A DNA stretch of 64,000 nt from Candidatus Falkowbacteria bacterium (GTDB taxonomy: Bacteria; Patescibacteriota; Patescibacteriia; CAIXNZ01). The position numbers were made by a program, and so were the translations under genes. The notes under the pieces were generated by a model that did not search any database, was not told the DNA's origin, and saw nothing but the letters and a program-made list of their open reading frames with translations. Positions 63,663 to 64,000 of the stretch are shown piece by piece. Location: the NCBI GenBank assembly GCA_963774955.1, contig CAVZGV010000003.1:192771-256770 (forward strand). The letters are read 5' to 3'. Positions within the stretch are counted from its first letter, which is position 1, and the number at the start of each line of letters is the position of its first letter.

Positions 63663-64000
63663 ATGAAAAAATTTTTACCTTTAGTCATTGTGATCGTAAT
63701 TGTTGTGGTAGCCGGTGCATTTTACGGTGGCATGCTTTATAGCCAAAGCCAAAGACCGAGTTTTGCTAATGGGCGTTTCGGTCAAGGTGTAGCTAATTTT
63801 AACGGTCAGCGTCCAAATGGCCAAAATGGTGCCTCAGTTGTCAGCGGACAAATTTTATCCAAAGATGAACAGAGCATAACCGTGCAAATAAGGAATGCCG
63901 GTTCAAAAATTATTTTTTTGTCTGACAGTACCAGTGTGGGAAAATTTGTTGATGGCACTGCTGCTGATTTGACTGTTGGAGAAAATGTGATGGTTAACGG
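63663..64000 (+). CDS. Secreted protein (5' part only; continues past the window end), paralogous to the 59185 protein domain
   Basis: Signal/TM MKKFLPLVIVIVIVVVAGAF. Domain similarity VSGQILSKDEQSITVQIRNAGSKIIFLSD against GQVIKIEGSNLVIKGSKDIEKVVIVDN. Confidence 0.45.
   Translation, partial: MKKFLPLVIVIVIVVVAGAFYGGMLYSQSQRPSFANGRFGQGVANFNGQRPNGQNGASVVSGQILSKDEQSITVQIRNAGSKIIFLSDSTSVGKFVDGTAADLTVGENVMVN

Noticed and set aside
1-64000. CRISPR arrays, rRNA genes, integrase/transposase genes
   Set aside because: No regularly spaced direct repeats with unique spacers, no rRNA-like segments, and no recognisable integrase/transposase ORFs were found by eye. Only a small HTH fragment at 657-848 was seen.

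Overview
This 64-kb window looks like a small, AT-rich Patescibacteria (CPR)-like genome segment using standard genetic code 11. TGA is used as a stop, and several TGA stops are followed by terminators.

Core genes:
- mnmA, an aspartokinase-like gene and a short alaS.
- The conserved infA-rpmJ-rpsM-rpsK-rpsD-rpoA-rplQ operon, followed by rplM-rpsI.
- cysS, dus (split by a frameshift), corA, dnaX and a tRNA-Gln(CUG).
- Two ECF sigma/anti-sigma modules and a MacAB-like efflux operon.

Accessory content:
- The centre of the window, about 19.9-39.7 kb, is a very AT-rich island (about 23-30% GC, against about 38% in the ribosomal genes and about 48% in some flanking blocks).
- The island holds a His-Xaa-Ser (HXS)-type peptide system: two HxsD-like proteins, an HxsB/C-like radical SAM/SPASM enzyme, and an HxsA-like peptide with a (His-Gly-Ser)n tail.
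- A GxxExxY/PD-(D/E)XK selfish gene bracketed by about 136-bp palindromic repeats has inserted into that locus.
- Decayed radical SAM pseudogenes follow.
- Downstream is an unusual tandem array of eight co-oriented, translationally coupled radical SAM genes. Six are short twitch/SPASM-like paralogs and two are HemN-like with a non-canonical CX4CX2C motif.
- The array ends in a membrane protein whose N-terminus matches the A24 prepilin-peptidase motifs.

Other notable items:
- A tRNA-Gln whose 5' 55 nt plus a GIY-YIG-nuclease cassette is tandemly repeated three times (394-bp units) upstream of the intact tRNA.
- A VirD4/TraD-like ATPase followed by a long perfect inverted repeat.
- An rpoA lacking the alpha-CTD.
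- Four adjacent ORF pairs that look like single genes broken at homopolymer runs.

I counted coordinates by eye from the 60-nt display lines, so positions I derived myself may be off by 1-2 nt.
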